Source: a virus
Taxonomy: Duplodnaviria; Heunggongvirae; Uroviricota; Caudoviricetes
DNA: 64,000 nt
Direction: 5' to 3' (one strand)
IMG/VR virus record: IMGVR_UViG_3300034160_000140
Part shown: positions 38,054 through 46,689 of the stretch, one piece after another
How positions within the stretch are numbered: the stretch's first letter is position 1
Layout: the number at the start of each line of letters is the position of its first letter
The notes under the pieces: model-generated
Database searches by the model: none
What the model was told of the DNA's origin: nothing
Seen by the model: the letters and a program-made list of their open reading frames with translations, nothing else
Made by a program: the position numbers and the translations under genes

Positions 38054-38497
38054 ATGAGTAAGATTCTTGTTGTAGGTGCTGACGCCGATATCGTTGAACT
38101 GCTGAAAGCAAAACTTCCAGAACACGAATTCGTTACCGAAAATTCTGGGTCGATGGCTATGCTTATGGTTAATCTCAATGATAAAAAGATTTCAGTTACT
38201 GAGGTTGAGCATGTTCTTGTTCACGAAATCCATGAAGCTCACGAACGCATCAAACAAGAAACAGCCCGTGTTAACAAAATCCTTATTGTTGATGATGGTG
38301 TTGTAAACTTTGCTCCACTCATGTTGAGTCTTTGTGAACAACCTATGAATTCGGGAGATGTTGAGCGAATTCTGATTCATGAAATGCACGAGGCTTTTAA
38401 CATGCCAATTATCGCTCATGTCAACGATCCATCAGCTCGTTATTACCATGCTTACACCAAACCTTATGGAAAGCATCACCGTAACAAACCTTTTTGA
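38054..38497 (+). CDS. hypothetical protein
   Basis: TTGGAG Shine-Dalgarno site then ATG 38054. Confidence 0.5.
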   Translation: MSKILVVGADADIVELLKAKLPEHEFVTENSGSMAMLMVNLNDKKISVTEVEHVLVHEIHEAHERIKQETARVNKILIVDDGVVNFAPLMLSLCEQPMNSGDVERILIHEMHEAFNMPIIAHVNDPSARYYHAYTKPYGKHHRNKPF

Positions 38498-38551
38498 CTT
38501 TCAATCAGGTAGCTGTTATACTGCACACCACACAAATACAGGGGACATCCT

Positions 38552-38836
38552 ATGATTATTACGATGGCAGGCGATGTGAAACATGCAATCAAAGTTACTC
38601 GCTTGCATGATTGCTGGGGTGTCCGTTGCTTTACGAATGGCACGTTGAACCAAGAAATTCGTGTCCACTGTAAAGAAGACATCGGCGTGGCTGCAGCAGA
38701 AATGCTTCGTTTTGAAGACAAGTGCGGTAATATTTCTGAACATGCGGCCTGTGCTCGGGAACGCTTTTTTAAAGCCGATGGTGCCAACTATCGCACTTAC
38801 AAGAAGCCTCATCGAGAAATCACGATTACAAAATAA
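38552..38836 (+). CDS. hypothetical Cys-containing protein
   Basis: CAGGGG Shine-Dalgarno site; terminator 38855-38876. Confidence 0.45.
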   Translation: MIITMAGDVKHAIKVTRLHDCWGVRCFTNGTLNQEIRVHCKEDIGVAAAEMLRFEDKCGNISEHAACARERFFKADGANYRTYKKPHREITITK

Positions 38837-38854
38837 TAAAACATCTATCAAAAG

Positions 38855-38876
38855 ACCCGCTTCGGCGGGTTTTTTG
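38855..38876 (+). terminator. rho-independent terminator
   Basis: acccgcttcggcgggt followed by T6. Confidence 0.75.
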
Positions 38877-38941
38877 TTGTCTATTATTTGACTTATTATG
38901 CTTTTGTGCGAGGATATATGAAATTTATTTAGGAGTTTTAT

Positions 38942-39712
38942 ATGTCTGAGCATAAACCTGACCTTACGGGGCAAGAAAATGTTGAATCTACACTTGTTCA
39001 AAAATTAATTGCAGTGCTAGTGTCCATTGTTTTAGTGCCATTGGCACTCTATTATATAACACTGACTGTAATGAACATGATTAATCATAAAATAGCCATT
39101 AGTGCTGGTTACACGTATGCTGATTTGTTTCAACCGGGGGATTATTCATTCAACATGATAGCATTAATGTTTTTCTTTACTTATTTTACGTTCGTAGTCG
39201 CAACTGTTTTATCTTGGATTAAACGTGATAATTTAAAAAAATCAATAATCATGACTATTCTTTCCTTGATACCTGCAGTTTTCTTTGTTTATAATTATCA
39301 GAATACAGATGAATACATGTATCAACCTATTAGTGAACTTTATGAAAAATTAGTGTTGGCTAATCCAACTTTTGCAAAATCAGATATTGGATTACAGTTT
39401 TCAAAGGCTTTAACTACTCATGATTATGCATCATTGAAGAAGATCACTAATAATATGGATTCTTTAAAACCTATGGACTTTAAATTTAACAAAATATCAG
39501 AAGTTGTTCATTTACTCCCATTAAATAAATCAGTTGATTCTTTTAATAATATGACAAAAAATACAAATGCTTTTATTTCTGTTGCTGATTATAAGAACTT
39601 CTATAATGATCTGTTAGTTGAATTTAAAGCCAGTGATATTGCAAGTAAAAAAGAGTTTATTTACTTGATTGATTCGATTAATCCTGATAGGTTTTATTTT
39701 ACATTACCATAA
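38942..39712 (+). CDS. polytopic membrane protein
   Basis: TAGGAG Shine-Dalgarno site; several hydrophobic segments; terminator 39720-39742. Confidence 0.5.
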   Translation: MSEHKPDLTGQENVESTLVQKLIAVLVSIVLVPLALYYITLTVMNMINHKIAISAGYTYADLFQPGDYSFNMIALMFFFTYFTFVVATVLSWIKRDNLKKSIIMTILSLIPAVFFVYNYQNTDEYMYQPISELYEKLVLANPTFAKSDIGLQFSKALTTHDYASLKKITNNMDSLKPMDFKFNKISEVVHLLPLNKSVDSFNNMTKNTNAFISVADYKNFYNDLLVEFKASDIASKKEFIYLIDSINPDRFYFTLP

Positions 39713-39764
39713 GACAAAAGGCCACATATGTGGCTTTTTTTATGCTTATTAGTTTTTTATAGAC

Positions 39765-39790
39765 GAAAAAAAAGAGGCATTCAGCCTCTC
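39765..39790 (-). terminator. rho-independent terminator for the minus-strand islet
   Basis: gaggcattcagcctc hairpin preceded on the + strand by an A-run (a T-run on the minus strand). Confidence 0.6.
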
Positions 39791-39885
39791 CCAAAAAGAA
39801 GATAGGACTCCTTTTGTGCGGTAAGTGTTCCCTCGTAGCTTACCAGACTACGAAGATCTACCATGTCGGCAGAGGCTCTGAAAAA

Positions 39886-40152
39886 CTACTTAGCTACTCG
39901 GGCGTGCTTCAAAAAGAGCCATTTTGGTTCTTCTTTTACATTGCCCACATGATCAGCAAATACAGCTTTCCCATCTTTAACCCATATGAAGGTCAGGTTT
40001 ACAAAAAATCCAAAACGAGCAATCGGATGGCCGATGTTAAAATTGTCTAACATTTCTTCAGTTATCGAATGTTCGTTTACTTTATTCTTTGCCATGATAA
40101 AAACCTCTTTGGTTTGTGAGGCTATTATACCTAATACTTGAAGCAAAAACAA
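39886..40152 (-). CDS. hypothetical protein on the minus strand
   Basis: AAGAGG Shine-Dalgarno site on the minus strand; minus-strand promoter TAGGTATAAT (revcomp of ~40120-40135); preferred over the overlapping + ORF 39814..40050, which has no Shine-Dalgarno site. Confidence 0.45.
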   Translation of the reverse strand: MFLLQVLGIIASQTKEVFIMAKNKVNEHSITEEMLDNFNIGHPIARFGFFVNLTFIWVKDGKAVFADHVGNVKEEPKWLFLKHARVAK

Positions 40153-40162
40153 GATTTTTCTA

Positions 40163-40324
40163 TTACTTTTGAAGCTTTTTAGAATCTATCTGGGTGGTCG
40201 CTTCGCTTTTTATATCACTTGTTTTTGAGCTGTCTTCAGCCATAACACCAGTGCCAAACAATCCCATAAACACGCTTAAAACCAATCCAGTCATTTCTTT
40301 TTTCACGTTTTCTTTCTTCATCAT
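40163..40324 (-). CDS. small secreted/membrane peptide (53 aa) on the minus strand
   Basis: ATGATG start after AAAGGTAA; MMKKENVKKEMTGLVLSVFMGLFGTGVMA/EDSSK signal-like; competes with the + GTG-start ORF 40194..40394. Confidence 0.3.
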   Translation of the reverse strand: MMKKENVKKEMTGLVLSVFMGLFGTGVMAEDSSKTSDIKSEATTQIDSKKLQK

Positions 40325-40473
40325 ATTACCTTTTATATTGTTAGCTTGCTATCTAATTTATAAGTATACTCCTGTTATTTTTGATTGCAAGTGATTGATT
40401 TGTGAATGTTTTCGTTGAAAAATTGAGAAAAAAGTGCTATAATTGACACTTCAAACAACGGAGAATCATCATT

Positions 40474-40665
40474 ATGCCACTCGCCCCGAACCCTAATCCA
40501 GTTGAAGAAGTATTTGGTATCTGCCCCGGCTGTAACACTCAGATCGAGGCTCATGAAGTGATTCATTGCATTTGCCGTTGTGGTGACCAAGATGCGGATG
40601 TTTATGATCGCATGGCCGAAGAGATGGATGCAAAAGAAGCTCTCGACAAACAAAAACCCGAATAA
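40474..40665 (+). CDS. small zinc-ribbon protein (CxxC...CxC..C)
   Basis: AACGGAGAA Shine-Dalgarno site; promoter tgcTATAAT at ~40436. Confidence 0.45.
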   Translation: MPLAPNPNPVEEVFGICPGCNTQIEAHEVIHCICRCGDQDADVYDRMAEEMDAKEALDKQKPE

Positions 40666-40796
40666 TAGGAAATTGATATAGCAAGGAATTGAAAGAGCTT
40701 GACGTTTTTTCAGTTCTTTGCTAATATCACTCCCGTTAACGTTCTGTAGTCGAATACCTCAAGCTTTCGTTTAGATTGTCAACTGAGGATACTATT

Positions 40797-41063
40797 ATGA
40801 CCAAAACAGAACTGATTCACCTGCTGCAAACTGATGTTGATGTACGTTCGGCTGTTACCGAACTGTTGAAAGAATCCATTGTTGATATGATGGAGGCTGA
40901 TGTTGAGTTAAGGGCGGCTGTTGTGTCCATTGTCAAAGAAGATGTGTCGTTTGAGCTTAGTTGCTCGGATTACTATGATTACGATTACTCTGGTTATCGA
41001 ATCGCACTTTCTCTTGATGGTTCAGAAGTGTCATCAGACTCTTTCACTGTAAAAAGTTCGTAA
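40797..41063 (+). CDS. hypothetical acidic protein
   Basis: GAGGATAC Shine-Dalgarno site then ATG 40797; terminator 41072-41095. Confidence 0.45.
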   Translation: MTKTELIHLLQTDVDVRSAVTELLKESIVDMMEADVELRAAVVSIVKEDVSFELSCSDYYDYDYSGYRIALSLDGSEVSSDSFTVKSS

Positions 41064-41138
41064 TATTAAGCCCCAGCGATGGGGCTTTTTTGTTTCTAAA
41101 TTTTATTTTTTTATAGAATTGGTTTTTGATAGAAAAAG

Positions 41139-41167
41139 CTTGTTTTTGATTTCTGCTTTTGATATAC
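41139..41167 (+). promoter_or_regulatory. sigma70-type promoter (TTGTTT-17-TATACT with TG extension)
   Basis: cttgtttttgatttctgcttttgaTATACT. Confidence 0.45.
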
Positions 41168-41177
41168 TAACCACGTT

Positions 41178-41219
41178 GAAGCAGCAAGAGGCGAGCAAAC
41201 CAGTAAGTCTTTCCCCTTG
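41178..41219 (+). promoter_or_regulatory. conserved structured 5'-leader element (copy 2)
   Basis: gaagcagcaagaggcgagcaaaccagtaagtctttccccttg; similarity to the locus at 11843 continues up to the AAGGATAC Shine-Dalgarno site. Confidence 0.5.
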
Positions 41220-41261
41220 TTAATGCTTACTCATCATAATCAGTTAAAAAGGATACAAAAC

Positions 41262-41396
41262 ATGCAAGGTTCTTTCGGTGACGCAGTAGAACGTTTTCGC
41301 GGCGGCAAGAAAAAAGACAATGAACAAGCAAAGTTCCACAAAAAAGATAACGAGTTTCGGAATAAACGCCGGAATCGTCATCAAGACGCAGAGTAA
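41262..41396 (+). CDS. small Lys/Arg-rich protein (44 aa), copy 1 of 4
   Basis: MQGSFGDAVERFRGGKKKDNEQAKFHKKDNEFRNKRRNRHQDAE; AAGGATAC Shine-Dalgarno site; ~93% nucleotide identity to 48141..48275. Confidence 0.5.
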   Translation: MQGSFGDAVERFRGGKKKDNEQAKFHKKDNEFRNKRRNRHQDAE

Positions 41397-41465
41397 TCAA
41401 CCAGCAAAGCAGTAGCCAGTCTACTGCTTTCTTGCTAAAGTCTTTCTTTAACGAGGTTTGTCATC

Positions 41466-41714
41466 ATGAAAAATCAATCAGAAAGTGGGCTTGGTAATCA
41501 GAAATATCTTAAAATTGCCTTGACCTTTTTGGCAAGTATCTTGATTTTATCCACTGCGGCTGGTGTTGTTTATCACATTTGGTTGGGCACTCACCTTGTG
41601 GCCGTTGCTTTGAGTATTGTTTTGGTGGTAGAAGCTTTGGCCGTGTGCTACTGTAATGCCATTGTTCAATTGTTTAAGACGTTGGATAACGTTAACGACC
41701 TTATCAGCGATTAA
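41466..41714 (+). CDS. small membrane protein
   Basis: CGAGG Shine-Dalgarno site; 2 TM helices. Confidence 0.45.
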   Translation: MKNQSESGLGNQKYLKIALTFLASILILSTAAGVVYHIWLGTHLVAVALSIVLVVEALAVCYCNAIVQLFKTLDNVNDLISD

Positions 41715-41735
41715 GCCTATTATTTGAGGAAATTT

Positions 41736-42050
41736 ATGTTGAAAATTCCACCCGGAACACGAATCCTTCTGGTCTATGATCCAGTTCATGGTGTTCCGAC
41801 ATCTGATGGTCTAGCTGCTGAATTTGTGGCGGATATTGTTGAAAGTAATGATGATCAGTTGATTTACACATCCAGTTCGCTGGTTATTGATTATTTCCGA
41901 TTGGCTGTCTTCAAGAAAGAGTTGTCGCCAAACGATATTGTCATTCGTTTTAATGATAAGGAAATTCTTCTTACGAAGGAAGGCCGATTTTCTGAGTGTC
42001 CAGTTGGTTTTTGCGACTATATGGAAAACATTCTTATGCAGTTGATTTAA
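41736..42050 (+). CDS. hypothetical protein
   Basis: GAGGAAA Shine-Dalgarno site then ATG 41736. Confidence 0.5.
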   Translation: MLKIPPGTRILLVYDPVHGVPTSDGLAAEFVADIVESNDDQLIYTSSSLVIDYFRLAVFKKELSPNDIVIRFNDKEILLTKEGRFSECPVGFCDYMENILMQLI

Positions 42051-42133
42051 TTCATCAAAAATGAGTTTTTACTTTACTCAACAAGGCGATTTTGATATAA
42101 TACAGACAAATCAGTTAGCCTTGGTATCTCATC

Positions 42134-42523
42134 ATGAAGACCAACAATCAGACAATCCTTAATGCCATTGTAGAACGCTGTAAAGAGCGTAAGGCTTCTG
42201 CCTATACAGAACGCTTGACTGTGAATGGCGTCGAGTATGCCTACATGTCTGAGGTCGATCCACATTGTGATGAGCCTATGGGCGATGAGCGTGTTTGGAC
42301 AATTACGTTTGTTGCAGTGAAACCCGGTTATTTTTTCATTTATCATTTGGATGGCGAGCGGTTTTGTGTTGAGCCTGAACTCGACAAACCTTACCAATTC
42401 AATTTTACTGAGCTTCACGCTTTGTTGAAAAAGAAAAATGTTAAACATTTTGATAATGAAAGTATTTGGGATAATGAGATTGAACCAGATAAAAAACTGG
42501 CTTGCATTTTCACTATTGGTTAA
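42134..42523 (+). CDS. hypothetical protein
   Basis: Promoter ttgaTATAAT at ~42093. Confidence 0.5.
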   Translation: MKTNNQTILNAIVERCKERKASAYTERLTVNGVEYAYMSEVDPHCDEPMGDERVWTITFVAVKPGYFFIYHLDGERFCVEPELDKPYQFNFTELHALLKKKNVKHFDNESIWDNEIEPDKKLACIFTIG

Positions 42524-42554
42524 TTATTAAGAAAAATAATCGGAGTTTGAACTA

Positions 42555-42887
42555 ATGAAAACTAATGCACCATTTAATTTAACTATTAAATTCATGCAAT
42601 ATGGAGTTAATCCAGAAGCTGATCAATATGTTCATCAATGTTATTTTAATGCTGATGGCTCTATTGTAAAGCTTTCCCCTGACATGTCTGATCGGCCTGA
42701 TGAAATCTTCTTTGCAGTCGAAACAAAACATGGTTGGAAAAAGATTGAAAATCGTGATTTGGTTGTATTAGAAAATGGTAAACCTTATGTATATCCGCTG
42801 GCTCTTTTTTTGTCAAATCCACCTGTGGTATATGAAACACCTAAATCTAAAAGTTACGGCCTTTTTGGTTTGGTTATCGTGGATTAG
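42555..42887 (+). CDS. hypothetical protein (paralog of 42957..43238)
   Basis: FMQYGVNPEADQYVHQCYF...GWKKIENRDLVVLENGK aligns with FQYGTDPEAAEHVHQCYM...GWQRIEDGDFVVLKNGE. Confidence 0.5.
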   Translation: MKTNAPFNLTIKFMQYGVNPEADQYVHQCYFNADGSIVKLSPDMSDRPDEIFFAVETKHGWKKIENRDLVVLENGKPYVYPLALFLSNPPVVYETPKSKSYGLFGLVIVD

Positions 42888-42956
42888 TCGATCAATATTT
42901 TTACAAAAAATAAAGTTTATGTTATAATCGTTATCACAATTTATATGAGAGACATT

Positions 42957-43238
42957 ATGAAGAATTATAAAAGTAAAGAAATTGTTGAATGTCAAGCCTT
43001 TCAGTATGGCACTGACCCAGAAGCTGCAGAACATGTTCATCAATGCTATATGGGCTATGAAAACAAAGTTGTCAAGGTTCCCGGTGATATGATGGGAACA
43101 CCTAAAAATGCATTTTTCGGTGTGAAAACTAATGATGGCTGGCAACGCATTGAAGACGGTGACTTTGTTGTCCTGAAAAATGGCGAAAAACTGGTGGTGC
43201 CTTACTCGGTATTCAAACTCACTTTCTCGGAAGTTTAA
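42957..43238 (+). CDS. hypothetical protein (paralog of 42555..42887)
   Basis: See 42555; GAGAGA Shine-Dalgarno site; promoter tgTTATAAT at ~42918. Confidence 0.5.
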   Translation: MKNYKSKEIVECQAFQYGTDPEAAEHVHQCYMGYENKVVKVPGDMMGTPKNAFFGVKTNDGWQRIEDGDFVVLKNGEKLVVPYSVFKLTFSEV

Positions 43239-43263
43239 AAAATCCTTTTTTGGAGTTGAAATT

Positions 43264-43434
43264 ATGCAAGGTTATATGGTTTATGCGTGGGATCAGTATT
43301 ATCCGACAACCGCTGACAAGCAAGTGAAAGGTGTTTTTCTTGACGAAGTAAAGGCAGAAGCCTTGAAAAAGGAACTTGAGTCATCAGGTCATTACAACTA
43401 CGTTGAATGCGAGCCTATTCCTATCATTGAATAA
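43264..43434 (+). CDS. hypothetical small protein (56 aa)
   Basis: TTGGAG Shine-Dalgarno site then ATG 43264; terminator 43470-43500. Confidence 0.4.
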   Translation: MQGYMVYAWDQYYPTTADKQVKGVFLDEVKAEALKKELESSGHYNYVECEPIPIIE

Positions 43435-43513
43435 GATCTCAGCTAACTTCGATCATATTAGGATATGAATAACAAAACCCCATTCTTGGGGTTTTGTTTG
43501 TGTGTTATATAGT

Positions 43514-44380
43514 TTAGTTAACTTGGCAAACTTGATATCCGCCTGATTGATATGGCCCACGTCTGTATAGTTTACCATCAGTTCCTCTTACATCTGGATA
43601 GTTAGTTAAGTAGTCTGGATTGACATAATTTCTATATACAACATTACCTTGCCATAAAACAGTTAATTCTGTAATGTAACCTTCATCTTCTTGATAACCC
43701 CATTCATAAGAACTCCATGCGAAGTTACATACTGTCGCTGGTTTTGTTCCAATACTTGTTCTGGTTGATGTGGTTGTAATGGATTGATTTTCAATAGTCG
43801 ATGATCCTACATTTCTTATCACATTTGTGGTTGTTTCTTGTTCACGATTTTGTTTGCTACGAGTTTGAGGTTGCTTACAATCCGTTGCAGTTTGTGTGAA
43901 TGATTGACCAGATGTGACCGTTGATGTGGCTGGACTCCAGTTCGTGCAGCTTGTTACAGCCCCACTATTAACCCATGTTGTGACATCAGCAGCAATCGCC
44001 ACCCATGTTTCTAATGTGCCTACAGCACTCCGTGTTTGAGTTGTGTTAATACTTTGGGATTCATTGTAAGGATTTCCAATGTTACGAATACTGCCTGAAA
44101 CATTATCAACTTCTCGATCTTGCACTGTTCTGGTTTGATCTTGCTTACAGTCGTTTGCTGTTTGTGTAAACGTATTTCCGATGGTTATTGCAGATACTGC
44201 AGGACTCCAATTTAAACATGAATGCACACTTCCTGTGTTTTCCCAATCGCCATACAATGGAGAATTTGCAGTCCAACTGGCAAATCTTACTGGTTCATCT
44301 AAGTTAAATTTAACAATATATTCAGCTTGTATTATGCCACCAGCTAATGCCAGCGTTAATGATAGTAATGTTTTTTTCAT
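43514..44380 (-). CDS. secreted modular-family protein with two Cys-pair repeat domains
   Basis: Signal peptide ...GGIIQA/EYIVKF; two copies of W.N(T/S)G.V.SC.NWSP..S....G..FTQTA.DCKQ.QTR..Q.RE; C-terminal ...GGYQVCQVN tail. Confidence 0.6.
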   Translation of the reverse strand: MKKTLLSLTLALAGGIIQAEYIVKFNLDEPVRFASWTANSPLYGDWENTGSVHSCLNWSPAVSAITIGNTFTQTANDCKQDQTRTVQDREVDNVSGSIRNIGNPYNESQSINTTQTRSAVGTLETWVAIAADVTTWVNSGAVTSCTNWSPATSTVTSGQSFTQTATDCKQPQTRSKQNREQETTTNVIRNVGSSTIENQSITTTSTRTSIGTKPATVCNFAWSSYEWGYQEDEGYITELTVLWQGNVVYRNYVNPDYLTNYPDVRGTDGKLYRRGPYQSGGYQVCQVN

Positions 44381-44643
44381 AAATATTTTATTATTTTTTT
44401 ATATTTTAACATACAATAATATAAATGGAAGATATTAAACTAAAAAAAACTTTTAATTTTGCTTAATTAACAATATAATTATGTGTATTTTACATATATT
44501 TATTTTGTAATATTGAGTTGAATGTTGTAATTTTATTGTTACCTATTTTAATGGGATGCTGTCAGCAATATCCTTAGATGATATTTTTGCTTTTGTCAAT
44601 TTATAATTCATATAACTATTTGAAAAATAAGCTAAAAAAGTTC

Positions 44644-44672
44644 TTGACCTTAACAGTGATTTTCTCTATAAT
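44644..44672 (+). promoter_or_regulatory. strong sigma70 promoter (TTGACC-17-TATAAT) driving the tRNA cluster
   Basis: cTTGACCttaacagtgattttctcTATAAT; downstream leader ccccatcaagacgaaac resembles the CA-rich leaders of the small basic-protein genes. Confidence 0.6.
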
Positions 44673-44835
44673 TACCCCATCAAGACGAAACGGAGAAACA
44701 AACATCTTGCCAGAATAAACCAGCACTTCTTATAAGCAGCTTGTTTTGGAATAATAACTTCGGTTACCAATATAGCTTGTAAGTATGGAACACTACTCGG
44801 TGCAGATATAAATAGAGTAGTCCATATCATATTAA

Positions 44836-44921
44836 GCCCGAGTGGTGAAATGGTAGACACGGGAGACTTAAAATCTCCTTCTCGTGAGGGAGTGCCGGTT
44901 CGAGTCCGGCCTCGGGCACCA
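44836..44921 (+). tRNA. tRNA-Leu (anticodon UAA), 86 nt with long variable arm and encoded CCA
   Basis: Manual fold: acceptor GCCCGAG/CTCGGGC, 3-bp D stem, anticodon stem GGAGA/TCTCC with loop CTTAAAA, 15-nt variable arm, T arm GCCGG-TTCGAGT-CCGGC. Confidence 0.85.
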
Positions 44922-45187
44922 AATTAAAAGTTGCACAATGTTCTTGAATGGCTTAAAATAGCCTAACTTTAATCAGATGGAGATAAACAGAGATTTTCGT
45001 AGGTTGGCATCCTGCGAATTCAAGCAGAACCAAAGACCTTTGGTAGACAAATAAATCCAAAGTAGGGGCTTCGATAAAGAGATTAGAAGTCGCTTGGAAT
45101 AGATTGCTAGGTATTTATATTTTAAAATAGAGAATATATAATTGAGGATACTGGGTGGTTTAGACATGTTTCTAAGCCACCAACCAC

Positions 45188-45264
45188 GGGACTTTAGCTC
45201 AGTTGGTTAGAGCAACCGACTCATAATCGGCAGGTCACAGGTTCAAGTCCTGTAAGTCCCACCA
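45188..45264 (+). tRNA. tRNA with CAU anticodon (Met, or Ile2 if C34 is modified), 77 nt with encoded CCA
   Basis: Manual fold: acceptor GGGACTT/AAGTCCC, D arm GCTC-AGTTGGTTA-GAGC, anticodon loop CTCATAA, T arm ACAGG-TTCAAGT-CCTGT. Confidence 0.85.
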
Positions 45265-45383
45265 GATTGAAAGATTGAAAATAATATTAACCACTAGATA
45301 ATCTAATCGAGTGCCCGAGGTGAACTACCGATGCAGCCATGACCTTAAACTAAATCAGAGAATTTAATTAAGATGATATAAAA

Positions 45384-45407
45384 ACCCCGTTGATACGGGG
45401 TTTTTTG
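45384..45407 (+). terminator. rho-independent terminator closing the tRNA transcription unit
   Basis: ccccgttgatacgggg followed by T6. Confidence 0.75.
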
Positions 45408-45481
45408 TTTATAAAATATAATAGCTTTACATTAATTGCTTTTTTTGTTATCATAACACCATTCAAAAAAGGAATCTTTCT

Positions 45482-45811
45482 ATGACTAATAATGTTGAAT
45501 TGTCGTCTCGGTATCAAACATTTGTAGACCGTGCAGTAGGCAATTTTTCAGATTATGAGAAAAATTTGAAAGGTGATGGTTCTTTTCAATATTCTGACCA
45601 AGTAGTTGAACTTCTTCAACTGTCTAATAAAATGAATGGAAACTTGTTGGTTTATTTGTTTGGTGAACAACTTGGACATCATTTGGCTGAGAAGTTTGTG
45701 ATTGAGTGCCGTCGCAACTTGCTTGAATTCTTCAATTGTATTGACAGTCAGTATCGTTTTTTTATCTTGCACGAACTTAAAAACAACAAACATTTGTTTG
45801 CTTATTGCTAG
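45482..45811 (+). CDS. hypothetical protein
   Basis: AAAAGGAA Shine-Dalgarno site. Confidence 0.5.
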   Translation: MTNNVELSSRYQTFVDRAVGNFSDYEKNLKGDGSFQYSDQVVELLQLSNKMNGNLLVYLFGEQLGHHLAEKFVIECRRNLLEFFNCIDSQYRFFILHELKNNKHLFAYC

Positions 45812-45838
45812 TCTATCATTTAAAGAGGATATATTTCC

Positions 45839-46015
45839 ATGCACGAAGAAATTCGAAAGACCTATTACCGTAAGCGTGCTGATGGTAGTATGGGTTATGC
45901 CGAAATCAGCAGTTATAGTTATCCCGATCAGGATCGTTTCCTTCAAGCCTGCTATTTTTTTGAGGCTGATGGCTATTACGAATCCTTCGAAGACGCTCAA
46001 GACGCCAATGATTAA
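45839..46015 (+). CDS. hypothetical small acidic protein (58 aa)
   Basis: AAAGAGGA Shine-Dalgarno site; terminator 46030-46060; not in the ORF track. Confidence 0.4.
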   Translation: MHEEIRKTYYRKRADGSMGYAEISSYSYPDQDRFLQACYFFEADGYYESFEDAQDAND

Positions 46016-46115
46016 TCTGTTTTTTGTTGTTATTAAGCCGCCATTTTGGCGGTTTTTTATTGCCCATTCTTTTGTTTTTTGCTATAATAAGTCATCAACC
46101 AAAGACAGGTTTATC

Positions 46116-46586
46116 ATGATTTCTATCGAACTGTATCCTAATCCAGCCGAAAACCCAGAGATTGTAAAACTGGTGTTTCAATCCATGCGGAATAAATACA
46201 CTGCAGATTCAGACCCTGCTGGATTGACCTTTAAAGAGGTTCGTTCGATTATCACCACTCACCCTGTCACTGTCATCAAAGATGGTGATAAAATTGTGGG
46301 TATTGTTAACGTCAATGAAGTTCACTTTTCGCTCAAAAATAGATTGGGTTTAGAACATCAGTATTTCAACCTTGGCATGATTTATATTGCGAAAAAAGAA
46401 CGTGGTAATGGCTATGCCAGTCAGGTAGTTGAACATTTCCTTAAAATTCACAAAAACCTTATTTACATTGTTCATGAAAGCAATAAAGCAAGCAATAAAA
46501 TTGCCGTAAAATATTTCAAATTCTTTAAACAGCAAGGATCTTTCAGATCATTTGAACCCTATAACATTTATAAGATAGAACAATAA
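46116..46586 (+). CDS. GNAT-family N-acetyltransferase (putative)
   Basis: VGIVNV...FNLGMIYIAKKERGNGYASQVVEHF resembles the acetyl-CoA-binding motif A (R/Q-x-x-G-x-G/A); start at the ATG after promoter tgcTATAAT, since the track ORF at 45702 runs through the promoter. Confidence 0.5.
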   Translation: MISIELYPNPAENPEIVKLVFQSMRNKYTADSDPAGLTFKEVRSIITTHPVTVIKDGDKIVGIVNVNEVHFSLKNRLGLEHQYFNLGMIYIAKKERGNGYASQVVEHFLKIHKNLIYIVHESNKASNKIAVKYFKFFKQQGSFRSFEPYNIYKIEQ

Positions 46587-46689
46587 TCTGTAAAAAAATA
46601 GTGAACAATAATCCGGCTTAGTTGTCGGATTTTTTGCTTCAGTTTGAATAAATGTGCTATAATCTAAGAATAATTTTAGAGGTGTTATC

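Noticed and set aside
39814-40050. + strand 78-aa ORF overlapping the minus-strand gene 39886..40152
   Set aside because: It has no Shine-Dalgarno site or promoter and starts inside a terminator hairpin region. The minus-strand ORF has an AAGAGG Shine-Dalgarno site, a TAGGTATAAT promoter and a downstream terminator.
40194-40394. + strand GTG-start hydrophobic ORF
   Set aside because: It has no Shine-Dalgarno site. The minus strand holds a short ATGATG-start signal-peptide-like ORF (40163..40324) that fits the minus-strand islet. I am still uncertain; either or neither may be real.
44380-44640. AT-rich 260-nt non-coding block, considered as a possible origin of replication or packaging site
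   Set aside because: It has no iterons, DnaA boxes or direct repeats. It is most simply the upstream promoter region of the minus-strand secreted gene 43514..44380 plus the divergent tRNA promoter. It remains a possible regulatory region.
45702-46586. 294-aa ORF from the track, as a long N-terminally extended version of the acetyltransferase
   Set aside because: The upstream 400 nt run through a terminator (46030-46060) and the promoter tgcTATAAT. The ATG at 46116 lies right after the promoter, and the region upstream of it translates to hydrophobic nonsense. I kept only 46116..46586.
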